Part shown: one piece after another, positions 26,588 through 39,613 of the stretch
Numbering within the stretch: position 1 is the stretch's first letter
Layout: the number at the start of each line of letters is the position of its first letter
NCBI GenBank assembly: GCA_977030845.1
Contig: OZ365109.1
Span: 17,422,001 to 17,486,000 of the forward strand
Length of the DNA stretch: 64,000 nt
Reading direction: 5' to 3'
DNA from: Fimbriosthenelais zetlandica
Lineage: Eukaryota
The notes under the pieces: model-generated
Seen by the model: only the letters and a program-made list of their open reading frames with translations
Databases searched by the model: none
What the model was told of the DNA's origin: nothing
Made by a program: the position numbers and the translations under genes

Positions 26588-28093
26588 AGGCCGATTGACG
26601 GTTTCAGATCCATATCCAAAAGTAACAAATTAGCAATTAATGCTAAGTGTACGGATAACATAACGTTTTGAAACTGGATTAGTAAACTGTGGATATTATG
26701 CGTAAAAGAGCAGTCAGACTGAGGCAATCAACAGTAAGCCTACTGGGGCCTGTTTCAGCGTAATGATAATTGTGATTTTTCTGCTTATACGTCTACGATT
26801 TAGGGTTAACTATAGGGTATACGCAGCGAATGCGTATTATTGGGAATATTCCTTTATCTCACTAATCACTTGGATTTAACCCAGCTGAAAGGCATGTAGA
26901 GCTTGTAACTTATTTCATGAGGGTCTCGACAGGTTTTCATGTACCTGTCACAAGTCACATACCACAAAGGTGGAACATCCACAAATGGAGCCCAGCCAAA
27001 GGTATTCCGTCCATTTTCATCGGCAAAAATATACCGCCCCATGTTTGAAATTAGACACCACTGCCCGCACAACTTGTGAAAGTTTCGGGAAAAACTATAT
27101 GAGTCCATATAACCATGAAGTTTACCTTGATAAATAATTAATTACTAAATATTGATAAATTATTAACAATTAATATTATTAATAACTATTAATTATTGAT
27201 AAATGATTTCATGAACTGAAATTATTGTGCCTAGCCCTAGGCTATATGTTAATTTCCATATCGATCATATAGACCAATTCGCATCATACAATTTCCCTTT
27301 ATGGATTCAGGGCCAATTAACTATACTCTCTATTCCAACCAATACAGACTTATTTTAAAGCATCTGCCAAATAATTAGAGACAGAAACAATCAATACACT
27401 ATTGCCAACAGATAAGTCAATGTTATTCATGCCACCATCTACATGCTTATTTTCTATGTTCGAGCCCTATATATAGCACTTTCTATTGTAATTTGTAAGT
27501 CTGTGCAATGCAAGCTAGAGGCAAATAACTTTTGTCATAATAATTACGCAAAAAAGTATACAAAAAGTAAAAACACAAAATGAAAAGTCATTCACAAACA
27601 ATGTTACTAAGGCCTATAGGCAGCGTGTGTAGGACCAATATTTGAAGTGAGTTTACGTGATGTCTTCTGAGAACCCGCCCGCCTCCATTCAATTCAACTA
27701 TCCTTCTCCACGTTATAGGACGCTGTCACATTTTTTCCTCCTATTTCTTGGCCTCTCAGTGTCATGATTAATATCAGTCCAACATGCAAGAAATTCAAAA
27801 AGAGTGGCGCGCCCTTAACAACACGGCCACAGCCCAATATATGCCTACGTGCGCCATCTTGCTTCTCTTTTCACCTTAAACGATGAGTTCTCATAGTCAT
27901 ACTGTGTGGGTCAATTTGTACTTGTAAGGAAACAGTCAAAATTCTGTCTGCGGCACCTGGGGGAGTTATAAATGGTTCTTCACATTCCTCGGTACAATCA
28001 AGGATTGAGAAAGGCTAGCTGTCTTTTGGCAGAAGCTAGAGGCTGATGAATCGGAACACTGCTTGGGTACCACGGAACGCGCCGCTCGGCTAT

Positions 28094-28120
28094 CGCCATC
28101 TGGTGAGAAAATCTGGAACT
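28094..28120 (-). promoter_or_regulatory. CTCF-like motif with a possible upstream module
   Basis: The minus strand reads AGTTCC-AGATTTTC-TCACCAGATGGCG. Confidence 0.4.
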
Positions 28121-29746
28121 AAATGCAACCAGGGAGGCCAATAGCGCACCATCGATCACACAGGTCTACACTCATATTATCATATGTACTCGTACAGTAG
28201 ATTGTAAGAATAATTTAAGCTTGTAGATGGGTCCTTGAAGGGAGGGAGGGTTTTGTCATTCATTGTCATCACATGGAGGCATGTGGTAGGCCGATTACTT
28301 AATCATAGTCAACATTTATAATTGGTCTTTCTGTCAACCTATAGGTGACATCGGGACAGCGAAAAGTTGTGAACAATGAAGATGAATATAAGACAATAAT
28401 GGTCGAGACCAATTAAGCAATATAAAATAAAAGGGACGCACTACATTTCTATAAATACATGGAGAAAGAATTTCAGGCATGTTTCAGAGACAAGAAATAC
28501 GTTAGGTGGGACCCACTTCAAACCAAAATATTAGAAGTGCTGACTTGTTTCAAAAGAGTAGGCGAAGACTTGTGACATAACCGTAATTATTATTATCAAT
28601 ATGTATCAGAAAATGGTCGTTCTTAAAATATAAATTAGGCCTGATGAATTGGGCATAGGCCTAAGTTTAAGTTTTAAAAAGTTGTCTACACAACGGCTTC
28701 AAGACAGATGAGGAGGAAATGTAAACTGGCGACTTCATTTTAACATCCAACAACCATGTTGCACTTAAAGAGCTAATTATAACCCCTGCTATGAAGTACT
28801 ATGCTCATGGGTGGGTTATACTTTCTTATTTCAGAAGTAGAGACAAAACGCCTCCAAGTGAAATTTTCAGAACAGACACCTTGACCTTTAAAAGATAGTT
28901 CTTTCGCGCCTCATTTATAAGTGTAACTATGAGGCAATGGCTTCTTGCTTTGTGACCTTGGTCCCTGAGGATAAGGCATTGTAAAAAATTAATATTATTG
29001 AACAACCTCGAGAACTTGTCTATAAAGATTGACGTACCATACTAACCGTGAGAAAGCATTTGTTAAGAGCATATAAGCAAGAAGAATTATTTAATGACTA
29101 TCATTGAAGAATTGAGAACTTTCGTTAAAAAAGGAATTTTCTATGATAAAGTCATCCATGGCCCGTTTACCCGTCCCTGCATGCGGAGCCAGAAAAAGTC
29201 AGTACTTCAATGCGACCGCAATTTGTCATATTTTTATTTTTAAATAAATATATGACAAATTTGAAATTAAAATTTGAAATGTGTTTTGAACCATGTTTTG
29301 TCCATAGCCAATTAAACTAAAAAAATTATATACTTCGCGATATATGCGAGGAATTTTATTCAGATAATAAGTTTTATCAAATAGAATATAATGTCATGAA
29401 AAAGTAATTTAGACCATGATTCTTCTTGCATTCTTTGGATCCACCGCAAGAGAAGACAAAGAGTTTTAAAACTGGAAACCGAATTTTGAATTTTGAAATT
29501 AAGTTTATAATATATATTCCATCTCCCAACACATTTTTGTGGATTGGGAACTTGTTAATTCTCACTCATTACTGCCATGACGAAGGCCACTACTGGCCGA
29601 AATGCATTGGTGATACACAATAAATACTTGGAAATCTACCTGGAGCTGTCTTGATTTTTGTGACATTTCTTCATCCTCAACTTTAATATATAGGCCTAAC
29701 TAAGCAGGCAGACAAATAACCCGACAGACTACATGGTTAAATTTAT

Positions 29747-30144
29747 TTCCAGATTCGTCTCATCTGACGCTGCTATGACATGAAAAAAAAATTCACTCAA
29801 TTCCCTTAGTGATATGCTCTCATCCCATCCATATGCTATTTTTGTTATATGTCTATGAATTCCTTCACATGAATCCATGTAATACATACAAGTATATTGC
29901 ATAGTAAATCAAAAATTTTATATAAATCAAGTAATTTCTATTAAAACTTGAGTTCGCAACCCACATCTAATTTTTTTTTTAGAATCAATAAATAGAAAAA
30001 TCTTAATTCCATTCTTCGTTAATTCCAGATTCATCCGAAAAACCTGAAGCGGCTTTGACATGAAAAAAAATCACCCAATTCCCTTAGTGATGTGCTCTTA
30101 TCCCATCCATATGCTATGTCTATGAATACCTTCACATGGATCCA
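29747..30144. repeat. Local direct duplication of ~125 bp (period ~276)
   Basis: TTCCAGATTC...GACATGAAAAAAAA...CAATTCCCTTAGTGAT...TCCCATCCATATGCTAT...CTTCACATG starts at ~29747 and ~30023. Confidence 0.85.
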
Positions 30145-31039
30145 AACATACATCAAATAATCCCTGTCCCCACCACCGCCACATCCACCACCACCACCAG
30201 CCCTCCACGGCCCCCATCACCTGGCCCCGTTACCAGTGTGTGAGTTACGTGCCCGGGCCATGTTTCTGGCCGGCCATGTTGGCCAGACAACTTTGGCAAT
30301 GACTACATCATTATGAATTTGGTCAGAACAAAACAAAGAAGGTCAAAAGGTTCGCAAATGTTGGCCCGTGACTTCCAAACCACCATAATAGAACCGGCGG
30401 GCAGGGTCATGAGCAGCGGCATAGAGAAACAAGGTCCAAATATGGACCATGTCATGTAGAAATGTAGAAAAATAGGGATGAAGGATGGAGTGAATAATAT
30501 AGGAAAGAGGGATGGAGTGGTCGGTATATAACTTAGTCGGACTGAACTTATTATCAGTGATATTAATCGATATGTCATTTTACTTTTGAATTAAGTCTTA
30601 AAATGTAGGTTTTCCTGTATTAGGTGGGATATAGCCGACAGTCTTCTGTTATATTCATTTCAACATAGACAATGATTTCAATTATAGGCATATACCCAAT
30701 AATAGAAATTAATATTGGATAGAGAAAATAGTGTGGGCATCGTATATTAATCAAAGCGAGTGGGACTATATAGTAGACTTGCCCAAGGATTAGTCTGTAA
30801 ATCTAAAAATGGATGGGTCAAACAAGATTGGGTCGATGGGCGGCCTGAAAAGTCGGGAAAGGTGGAAAATAAACAGTGAGTGAGAAACAGTGATAGAGAG
30901 GCAGCCAGACTGACCAAAATATAGATGAAGAAAATAGACAAAAAAGGTTTCAGCCCGTTATGCCTATATGTCAGATGGACAAGGGCAAGGCTAAGGTACC
31001 CTCAGTGCCGCCACCTATGTGCGGGTAAATGCCCTTTAG

Positions 31040-31240
31040 AAAAGAGGAAGTGACGAGGTCAATTAGCTTTATCGCCTCAAGGCCAAGGGCATGGCCCTCG
31101 TTCCGGCAGAAAACTATAGACATTCTCGGCCAGGGCCACATCTGCTATATTCCGCTGCTGGCGTTTGGAAATAGCCCCAATAAAGACTCTCTTTATTGGC
31201 CACCGTTGAACAGCCCAATTAGCAGCACTAGCCCACCTAA
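31040..31240. promoter_or_regulatory. Candidate homeodomain-site enhancer
   Basis: A palindromic CCAATAAAGA-CTC-TCTTTATTGG (31177-31199) plus three CAATTA/TAATTG sites within ~190 bp. Confidence 0.35.
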
Positions 31241-32828
31241 TTGACTCCTCCTTGATGGTATCTTTCGGGTGATATATTCGCCAGTTAAACCTGGCCCTTA
31301 TCTGATACTGAGGAGCCAGGGTGTGTCAACTGTAATGGCCCATTGTATCACGTCAAATAGTTTACCCTCGAGTAAATCACCTGTGGCCTTGGTGCCCTCC
31401 GAGCTTTCTGAATGTCCTCAGGACGGGTGCTCTTCTTTGCCCTTAGCTTTAAGTCATCGTTTAAATGTAAGGACAGTGTCCTGTCTATGGAATCGTGAAT
31501 GATACAGCCTAAATCGCAATTGATTTTCTGTTAAAGGGTTCATCAAATCTGTGTTCAAACGGGAGGAACAGAATTTTTGGCATGGTAAAGTAGGCCTGGG
31601 GAGGGGGATTGATGGGTGGGGATGGATGGCTCGATTGATTGGAGATACACTGCAAAGTAAAATTTACGTGAGGGTCGTGTAATCAAAGCTTAAAATATGT
31701 CTAATTAGCAGAGTGGGCACAAATTACATGAGGGTCATGTAAAATTAAAGTCAGTCGGTTGTGGAATAATGGATTTAACTCGATGGATTTTATATAGACG
31801 GGTCAAGGGATGGATCAGGGAGGGTAGCATGCATGTAAGGGTGCATGTGGCAGGATGCCGTATGTACCGTATGCCCTAACTGACCAATAGACATTGTAAA
31901 TGAAGTATCCTACTAGCAGTTTATAACATGGTGTCAAGTTCTAGTTTTAAAGATAATGACGACTGTAACGCCCACAGACTTATTGATTATACCTCATCAA
32001 TAATCATTTAAAACAGAAACGAAAGTTCGTTTAAAGGCAAGCCTCCAAACTCCCCTTAAATTTAGCACAAGACAGACGTAAGTGTATCTTGAAACTTGAA
32101 ATTATTACAGTATTGCCATGTAAAAGTGAATGAAAAATTGATAGAGAAACTCTCCATCATGTTTACGGGTTATGCATTGAGGAGAAGGTAATAAAAAGCT
32201 AAAATCAATTAGTTTCCCAGGATAATGGAGTAGGCTATGTTCACTATAGACATAATTATACACGGGTGTGCCTGAATATTGACCCGAAACAGGTAGAAAT
32301 GCATCCCAATACACATTACGTAATTTAGGTCTGTTTTATTTAGACTAGCATTTATTCAATCTTTAATTCCTGATTACAAAATATTATGAAAGATATGGCG
32401 CAATATTTCTCATAATTTCAATGCGCAATACCTTTTCAATGTATTCAAAAAATATAATAATGTCAACTTATTAGATATGACTATGTTACCTAATAATATT
32501 AGATTGGTGGCAAACCTATCGTCAATCTAGAATAAGCATAATCTTCTTTTCTAAAACTCAATTTTTTTTGTATATCAATTTGTCATGCGATCCCTCCGAC
32601 TCATTCCCGTTGCATAAAAATGCCCTTTTGAAACAGCCTGGTAATAGTGAGTACACGGTACATTGCCTTTGTGTGCAGTTCATTGATTAGAGGAAGTGTG
32701 TAGCCTGCACGGAATATACCGTTAAATACCTGCAGTATTCACTTTGAAAGATACCAAAAAGGCTTCACAGGGTCTTCTTTTTAAAAGGATTCGGTACATA
32801 GAGGCATGCCAAGCATATATATGTAGGC

Positions 32829-32834
32829 GAGAGA

Positions 32835-32886
<52 letters not shown>

Positions 32887-32895
32887 AGAGAGAGA
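32829..32895. repeat. (GA)n microsatellite
   Basis: ~67 bp of GA dinucleotides with two interruptions. Confidence 0.95.
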
Positions 32896-32973
32896 TGGTG
32901 AAAGAAGCTCCAGGTAAAGCAGGCCTGTTTTTGTTTGTAGATGACATGTAGTACATGATGGATGAGGCAGCCT

Positions 32974-33460
32974 CACACACCCACCCGCCTGCATGCCACC
33001 CACCCCCCCCCCCCCCCCCCCCCCCCGCCACACACCCACCCGCCTGCATGCCACCCACCCTGCCACACACCCACCCACCACTCACCTATACCACCTTCCA
33101 AAACCACCCAAGCCAATATTCTTCTATATATCTCTGCTCTCAGGACTTTCCATCTTGACAGCTACATGTACCTATACCAATCTTCACTTGCCACCATGCC
33201 ACGTGCCACCATGCCACATGCACTCACACTCACTCATCCTATGTGCCACCTTCCAAAACCACCCATAGCAATGTCCTCTACCCGTTTCAAAAGGAATATT
33301 AACAATGCTAAGCTTATGGCTAATACCGGTATTTGTTTTGAAACAGCCTCCTTCTTTCTTTCCTTTCCCGATTGCCACCTACCAATTTTACCACCATCCC
33401 ACCCCGCATGCCACACTCACACCTACCCTGCCACACACCTTCCCACCCATGTACCCCCTT
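32974..33460. repeat. C/A-rich degenerate repeat region with a 24-nt poly-C between 32-bp direct repeats
   Basis: CACACACCCACCCGCCTGCATGCCACCCACCC at 32974 and 33029; poly-C at 33003-33026; CCACCTTCCAAAACCACC at ~33091 and ~33246. Confidence 0.85.
33281..33348. mobile_element. Type B mini-MITE copy
   Basis: CCCGTTTCAAAAGGAATATTAACAATGCTAAGCTTATGGCTAATA...TTTTGAAACAGCC. Confidence 0.6.
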
Positions 33461-36400
33461 CCCAAAACCATCTCGCTCTCCTTTCCTTCCCGACAACCAC
33501 CTATATATATACCAATCTTGCGACCATGCCATACTCATATACCCAGCCATACAGCCACACATCCTTCCATCCATCTACAACACCACCGATGGGACAAATC
33601 AACCCTTGTCCCTGCCATCATACCAAATAGAATCCACATACATACATGTATGTATACACCCCCAAACATTTCTCCCTCCCATTATAGCATCAGTTGAATG
33701 AAAGTGTTGAAGTCAAGAGAAATAATGATGAATTTCCGTGACGGTCACCACCCGCGCTTTCCACCCATGGAACTTACATCTTCCCGCGTTCCTTCCATGT
33801 CCAATCCTCAACACCCTCTCACATACATACAACCATATTTTCCTTCCATGATTTTATCCATTTACTAAAAATATGATGCACTCTCAACCTATAAAGTATC
33901 AAAAATGTATGATGTAGTTAGCCAATATTTTATTATTTCATAAACATTTTAAGAATGTATAGGATCTCTCAATCATATAGAAATTTATTAATCTTTAGAA
34001 TAATCTTCATGAACATTAATATACATGTATAAGGTTCTTATGGTTGTTTTTTGGCTGAGCAGAAATAAAGGTGCATTTATACGAAAAGATTGATTGTGTA
34101 TAGTGTATTCGAGGCCATACAGGGGACGCCACCATCAAGGCCATTGATTTACATAAGGCGAGAGAGGAACTGTATTATTCCTCGTAAATTATTATTGTTT
34201 ATTGTACCATTATATACGGGGATTTAATGCACCATAATTAATAAGAAATGCACAATTAAATCATTTGGTCAGCTATTAATGACACATAAGATGTACCGTT
34301 TTGATCGTCGACTATATACATGTGGGATGTCATGTTTGTTTCTACATTATAAATCTACGGATGCAGATATTCATGCGACACACATTGAATAAAACCAAGA
34401 TGGCGTTCGCTATAGCAATTCTTCCATAGATTTCAACACCAATATAAGCAAAAAATTCGAAACGAAGACACTGCATGGGAATGGGGGAAGATGCCTATGA
34501 AAGTAAGTCTCGATTAATAAAATTTGGGTTTTCAGAACAAAATGAACCCAAACACGCGAGTAACGTTTTAAAATCTAGGTTACATGGGTTCCTAATTATG
34601 CATGTACATGTATACTATAGACCTAACAAATCCCAAGAGCACAAAAATACATTTACAATGTATACCCTATACATGTGTGTGAAACAGTTCCATCCATTAT
34701 TCTCTACATTCTTCGAAGGAAATCAATATAGGTAAGAAGTCCGAAACATCCTCCCAGAATTCCCACATGACCAACGCAGTATAGACCATCATAGATTAGC
34801 AAAACCCAAGGGGAAACAATGCATAAAAGCGATTGGGTTACACTTAATTAAGTTAATTTTGAGTAGGATTTCCATTGTGCTGTGCTGTAGCTATTATGCT
34901 ACATATACGGAAATACTACAATACACATGACGAAAGATAAATTATTTTGGGCCTATTCAACGGAATTCTAGATTTTGAAAAATGCCTCAAATTTTTCAAA
35001 ATGACGCAAGGCAGTGAAAATGGCGTCCAATGACCCCCTATGTAATGTGCAGACTGGAATGCACAAGGCATATATATTGTGGGACAATTACTTGAAGTAT
35101 ACTCGTGGAAACATGTTCAAATCTGGGGGAGAGATAATATACAGAGTGGTAGCAACCACTTATCTTCCAACAAAGCGAGCAGAAGTTATTCGGGAATGTC
35201 ATTAAATCATTCTTATATCCCAGGGGCTTTTTTCACTGGAGCTCGGGGTATAAGGTGAGCAGACATATGGAGTGAAAACTCTCAACAAAAGACCGTCTAA
35301 CGAGTTCATTTTCAGGTGATAAATGAGTCCTGCTGGTTGGTGGTACGGGCGAGAACCATAATTTTCTGGAGGGGAGAGTGTTGAGAGGGAGAAAGAGAGA
35401 GAGGGGCCAGGGGTGTGAAGGAGAGGAGGAGAAGGAGAAGGCCCCCATGTACAGTATAAGCCTAGAGCCGCCAGCAAACAGTGAAACTATAGAACCAACC
35501 CCCAGTGATATGCACCATAGGAAGACAGGATTTTGCTTACAAGAATAAGTAATAGATTCCCAGGTAAGTCTGGCTGAAAATCACATCACCACTGAACCAC
35601 AAAGAAAGGCCGCACACACCCAGGGGCCGCGCGTAGCATGCGCAATACAGCGCATGGATCAATTTTTTTTGCAACATTTCATAATTTTTACCTTCAAAAC
35701 TGAAACGCACAGAAGTAAAGGAAATATCAGTAGATTCACTTTATATGTAGACAGTATTTCGAGGTCCTTTAAAAAGAAGGTGATTAAATTTAAGTTGAAA
35801 AGAACACAATATGTAGCAAGTTGGGACGCAGGCGTTGCGACCAATACATCACGGGGCTGTTGACAGGCGTGGAGAATACTGGCAGGCGGGGAGCAGCGGG
35901 AGGCAGCCCCGCCGATACCTGACCCCGGCCCGCCTAGAGAGACTAACACCTCCCCTTAACATCGCCGCTCTATCCTCCGCCTCAATTGACTATCATACAT
36001 CTTCGTTTGTGTTTTCACCCCCACCCCCGCCTCCCAATTTTCTGTACGCCAGCTCCATCTTTAGGCCCTACTTGTGACAATAGTTACGTGGATTATTTTA
36101 CAGTTGATGCAACATATTTTTAGTTTAAATGCCAGATAGATATTCATATGTATTTTCTTATTTGAATTACCCTGGAGCAAATGCATTAATTTATAGGAAC
36201 AGATGTATTAATTTGTAAGTAATGCACCTAGACGGTTGTAGCCCATCAGTATAATGCAGTAAACATCTGAATTTTGGACATATATCTACATCCATACAAT
36301 TGAACCTGATTAAAATTCCGTTCCTAAATAATTTGAAAATTCGTTTGAAAAAATTAACGTTTAAAACGTAATGGATCTTTTTAAAACTAAAGTGACCTCA

Positions 36401-37294
36401 AGTCGTCCTTGATTCATTCGTAGTCACACCATAATGAGTATAGGATGTATCATTTGCATCTTAAATGCGCAATCAACATATCGGCAAAAAAATCATAATC
36501 ATTTTCGCCGATTCAAAAATAGAAATACTTTTATCACCATAATAGTTAACTTATGATCAACAAAAAATCTTCAGCGAAATTCAGAACTTCTGTTAATTCT
36601 AGAATCACTTCATTCACATGCATGACTTCAAAAGCCAATCGAAGCCAATAGTGACCCAGGAAAAAAAAGCAATAGAGATTTCTTTGTGAATTTTTCCTGC
36701 TCATAGAGCCAATCGCTTCATTGATTGACTGGAGATATATTTCAATTTTTGATGCCATACTTCCACATTCAATTCACAAAATTGGCCCGGTTACCATCGA
36801 CCACGCATTGTGATTTATTCAGGAGTCTGAATCCTTTTTGGACGGCGCCCCTGGTCGAGGTGTTATATTCAAGATGGCGGCGGTCGGTTCATGCATGTAT
36901 ATTGGTGCGTTTCTCATCAAGACCTTGTAGCATACAGGCGCCCAGTACTATTGCTGGCACAGTGGCTGGAGGAGAGAATGGGGAGTGGGGGCACTCGACA
37001 TTTCCTTCATCAGAATGTTTATTTGGGTAAAATAAAAGAAGGCTGATGGGAGATGGGGTGAACGAATGATTGAATGGGCAAGTGGCTACATTGTACACGA
37101 AGGAATCAGCTTATATGATCCTATATGACCAATGGCTGATTGGTTTTGAGGTTTGCAATTGCAATGGCTAGGTTGGTGCGTGATTGGGCCATTGACTGAG
37201 CTGAGGACTGCATGGGCCATGCTGACTGAGCCATTGGTTCAGTCAAACTGAGCCATTGCAGGGATGGATACAGAATTTTAGAAAGGGAGTGATA

Positions 37295-37357
37295 GCCTGT
37301 TTCAGAACAACCATTAGCAATGCTAAGTCTATGGGAAATCTTTACGCTGAAACGGGC
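37295..37357. mobile_element. 63-bp mini-MITE, type A copy
   Basis: GCCTGTTTCAG...CTGAAACGGGC followed by CCCTGG. Nearly identical to 8753-8815. Confidence 0.7.
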
Positions 37358-37572
37358 CCCTGGTCCAGCCACAAATCTGAAATCTGGGCAACAAAAAATC
37401 AAAAGGGATTCATTATCCCCGAACCAGAGAAAAGTCTATTGAGTTTAGTAATGACCAGAGAGGACCCCCACCCATGGACACCCCATATCCCCCTCACCAC
37501 ACCCCTCGTACCCACCACCCCCACTTTCCTCCTCGTCAGATTGGCCTGGCATCATTAGGTATAGGTTGGCGT

Positions 37573-37626
37573 GCCTGTGTAGCCTGTGTAGCCTGTGTAG
37601 CCTGTGTAGCCTGTGTAACCTGTGTA
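37573..37626. repeat. 9-bp tandem repeat (GCCTGTGTA)x6
   Basis: Five perfect units plus one ACCTGTGTA unit. Confidence 0.95.
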
Positions 37627-37950
37627 AGCCTGGCCCTCCTCCATGCAATGCCTCTCATCAATCATCCCTCCATGATTGATCCCCGTCAGAGGCCGCCACC
37701 AGAGCCCTCTCATCAGGCACGCCCAGCCTCACCACCAAGTAACAGCAACATGGCGCCCTTCCTAATGGATCCTATTGGCTAAACATGTCATAGGCTAGCC
37801 ATGACCTTCATTACGATGAACATGACTGTAGTGCACCATTCACACAACCAGAGCTCGAATTATTCCATGTGGATTCCATATTCCTATGTCTGTATACAAT
37901 GTTTACCATTCCAAATCAGAATTAAGAGTTCTTGGAGGTGAACATATCTA

Positions 37951-38030
37951 CAGTCTGTTCACTCTAAGTTGATCCGAAACCACCATACATATGTACTGTA
38001 GTTTCGGATCAACTTAGAGTGAACAGACTG
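37951..38030. mobile_element. 80-bp Tc1/mariner-type MITE (perfect 30-bp hairpin)
   Basis: CAGTCTGTTCACTCTAAGTTGATCCGAAAC (37951-37980) and its exact reverse complement (38001-38030) enclose a 20-nt spacer. TA lies on both flanks and the termini begin CAGT. Confidence 0.75.
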
Positions 38031-38762
38031 TATTTAGAATGTACATGTATATCCCTTCATCCCAACATTTTATTTTCTATTTTCACTAACAAATCACCCA
38101 CATGTAGTTACATATTTAGTTCATAAAAAAAATAGACAGAAATGTTTGTCAGAGGGGAACTGCAGCAAATCTTTTTATGAAAAAAAAACACAGATGAGAC
38201 ATTTTGAAATATATGGAAAGGGTGAGTGGTGGCGATTCGCGCCATTGGCGAAAAGAGTTCGCGGGGTGCATTTTTTTCTATTTTAAAAAAAACAACATTT
38301 CTCTTCCCAAGAAAAGGAAACGATGTGGTTTATGCAATACGAATTGGCTGCTTGACACATATACCCTGAAGCTTCAAAACTAAATGATGAAGATTCATAT
38401 CCAATGAATACAAACGAAGTATTGTTCGAGAGTGAAAATATAGATAAACGACACCAACATGTCTAGTCCTCTGTTGTTCCCTTGAACCTCATCTAGACCA
38501 GCCATTTTTTATGTATGTGACACAGGTAGGCTATGATCTTCTTTTATCCTTCCATGATTAATGTTTACCAGTTGCAGCATACATTTTTGCTGCCTACATG
38601 AGAGGTTGGAGACATGTATACGAACAACCAGGGACATAGTACATGTGTATACAATAGTGGTCATATATTGTGTATACATGTATCTGGGTCTTTACAATAA
38701 AACAACATTAATTGCTGGCATGCAATATTTGGTACTTTGAATGGACAGAGAAATATGTATAA

Positions 38763-38991
38763 AGCCCGACATCCACCAGCCCGATTTTCATCCCGATTTT
38801 GCGATCTTAAGCGATCACAGGCGATTGGGACCCCAAACGCAGATGATCGGGGGGTGGATGCCAAAATCTTGGGATCGACGCCGATTTTTCAATGTTAAAT
38901 CAATAGAGAAATGATCCGGAACGATTTTATTTTGATCTTTGCCGATCAGAAAAATCTGTTTTTCCAAAGATCGTACAGTGGATGTCGGGCT
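38763..38991. mobile_element. PIF/Harbinger-type MITE (229 bp)
   Basis: Perfect 14-bp TIRs: AGCCCGACATCCAC (38763-38776) and GTGGATGTCGGGCT (38978-38991). TAA flanks both sides (38760-38762, 38992-38994), matching the 3-bp TWA duplication of PIF/Harbinger. Confidence 0.8.
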
Positions 38992-39613
38992 TAAGGAAAG
39001 AACAACATACAAACTCCGATCATCCCAAAGCACCGTTCCTCATGTCTGCAATACAAGTCTCTTATATTTTACTATACCTGTGTATTTTGATATCTTTTAC
39101 ACACAACATCCCCACCCTTTGATGTAAGCTTTTTCCATGCAATCTAAAAGGAAAAACATAATACTGAAAACTTGTATATAGGAGTAGGGTATATATCTGA
39201 GCTCCTCTTTCCCCCATTTTTACCTATACTTCATGGTTCTGTGTTCCTTTGATCAGCTGCAGTCTTTGAAGCCATGCACGAAGCTGACACTGAAAGGCTT
39301 CCAACAAAAAGAAGCCTTTCATCAAATGCACACAGAGGCCCTCTCAGCCCACCTGATATATGCCATCAACCATCCTTTTGATGGTTTCGTACTGCATGAA
39401 CTAAACCTCATATGAAAGCAACTCCACATAAAAGTTGCCTTCATTCTGGCATTGGATAATTATATTGAGTGCCCCCAAAGTAACATATACCCCTCAAGAG
39501 AACACCCTGTATATATATATCAGTCGATCCTGCCTCCATGCATAGTAAATTGCTTGTCGATGCATGGTCGACAGCGGCAGATAGTGGGCAAACATAGTAA
39601 ACATACTGATTAA

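Noticed and set aside
27457-27466. Pol III B-box (GTTCGAGCCC), tRNA or SINE
   Set aside because: No A-box or cloverleaf lies upstream.
32722-33701. Several long overlapping ORFs (up to 222 aa)
   Set aside because: They arise from stop-poor C/A-rich low-complexity repeats and a MITE; several frames on both strands are open.
36845-36858. CTCF-like GCGCCCCTGGTCG
   Set aside because: It is one base short in the core G/C run and has a poor flank.
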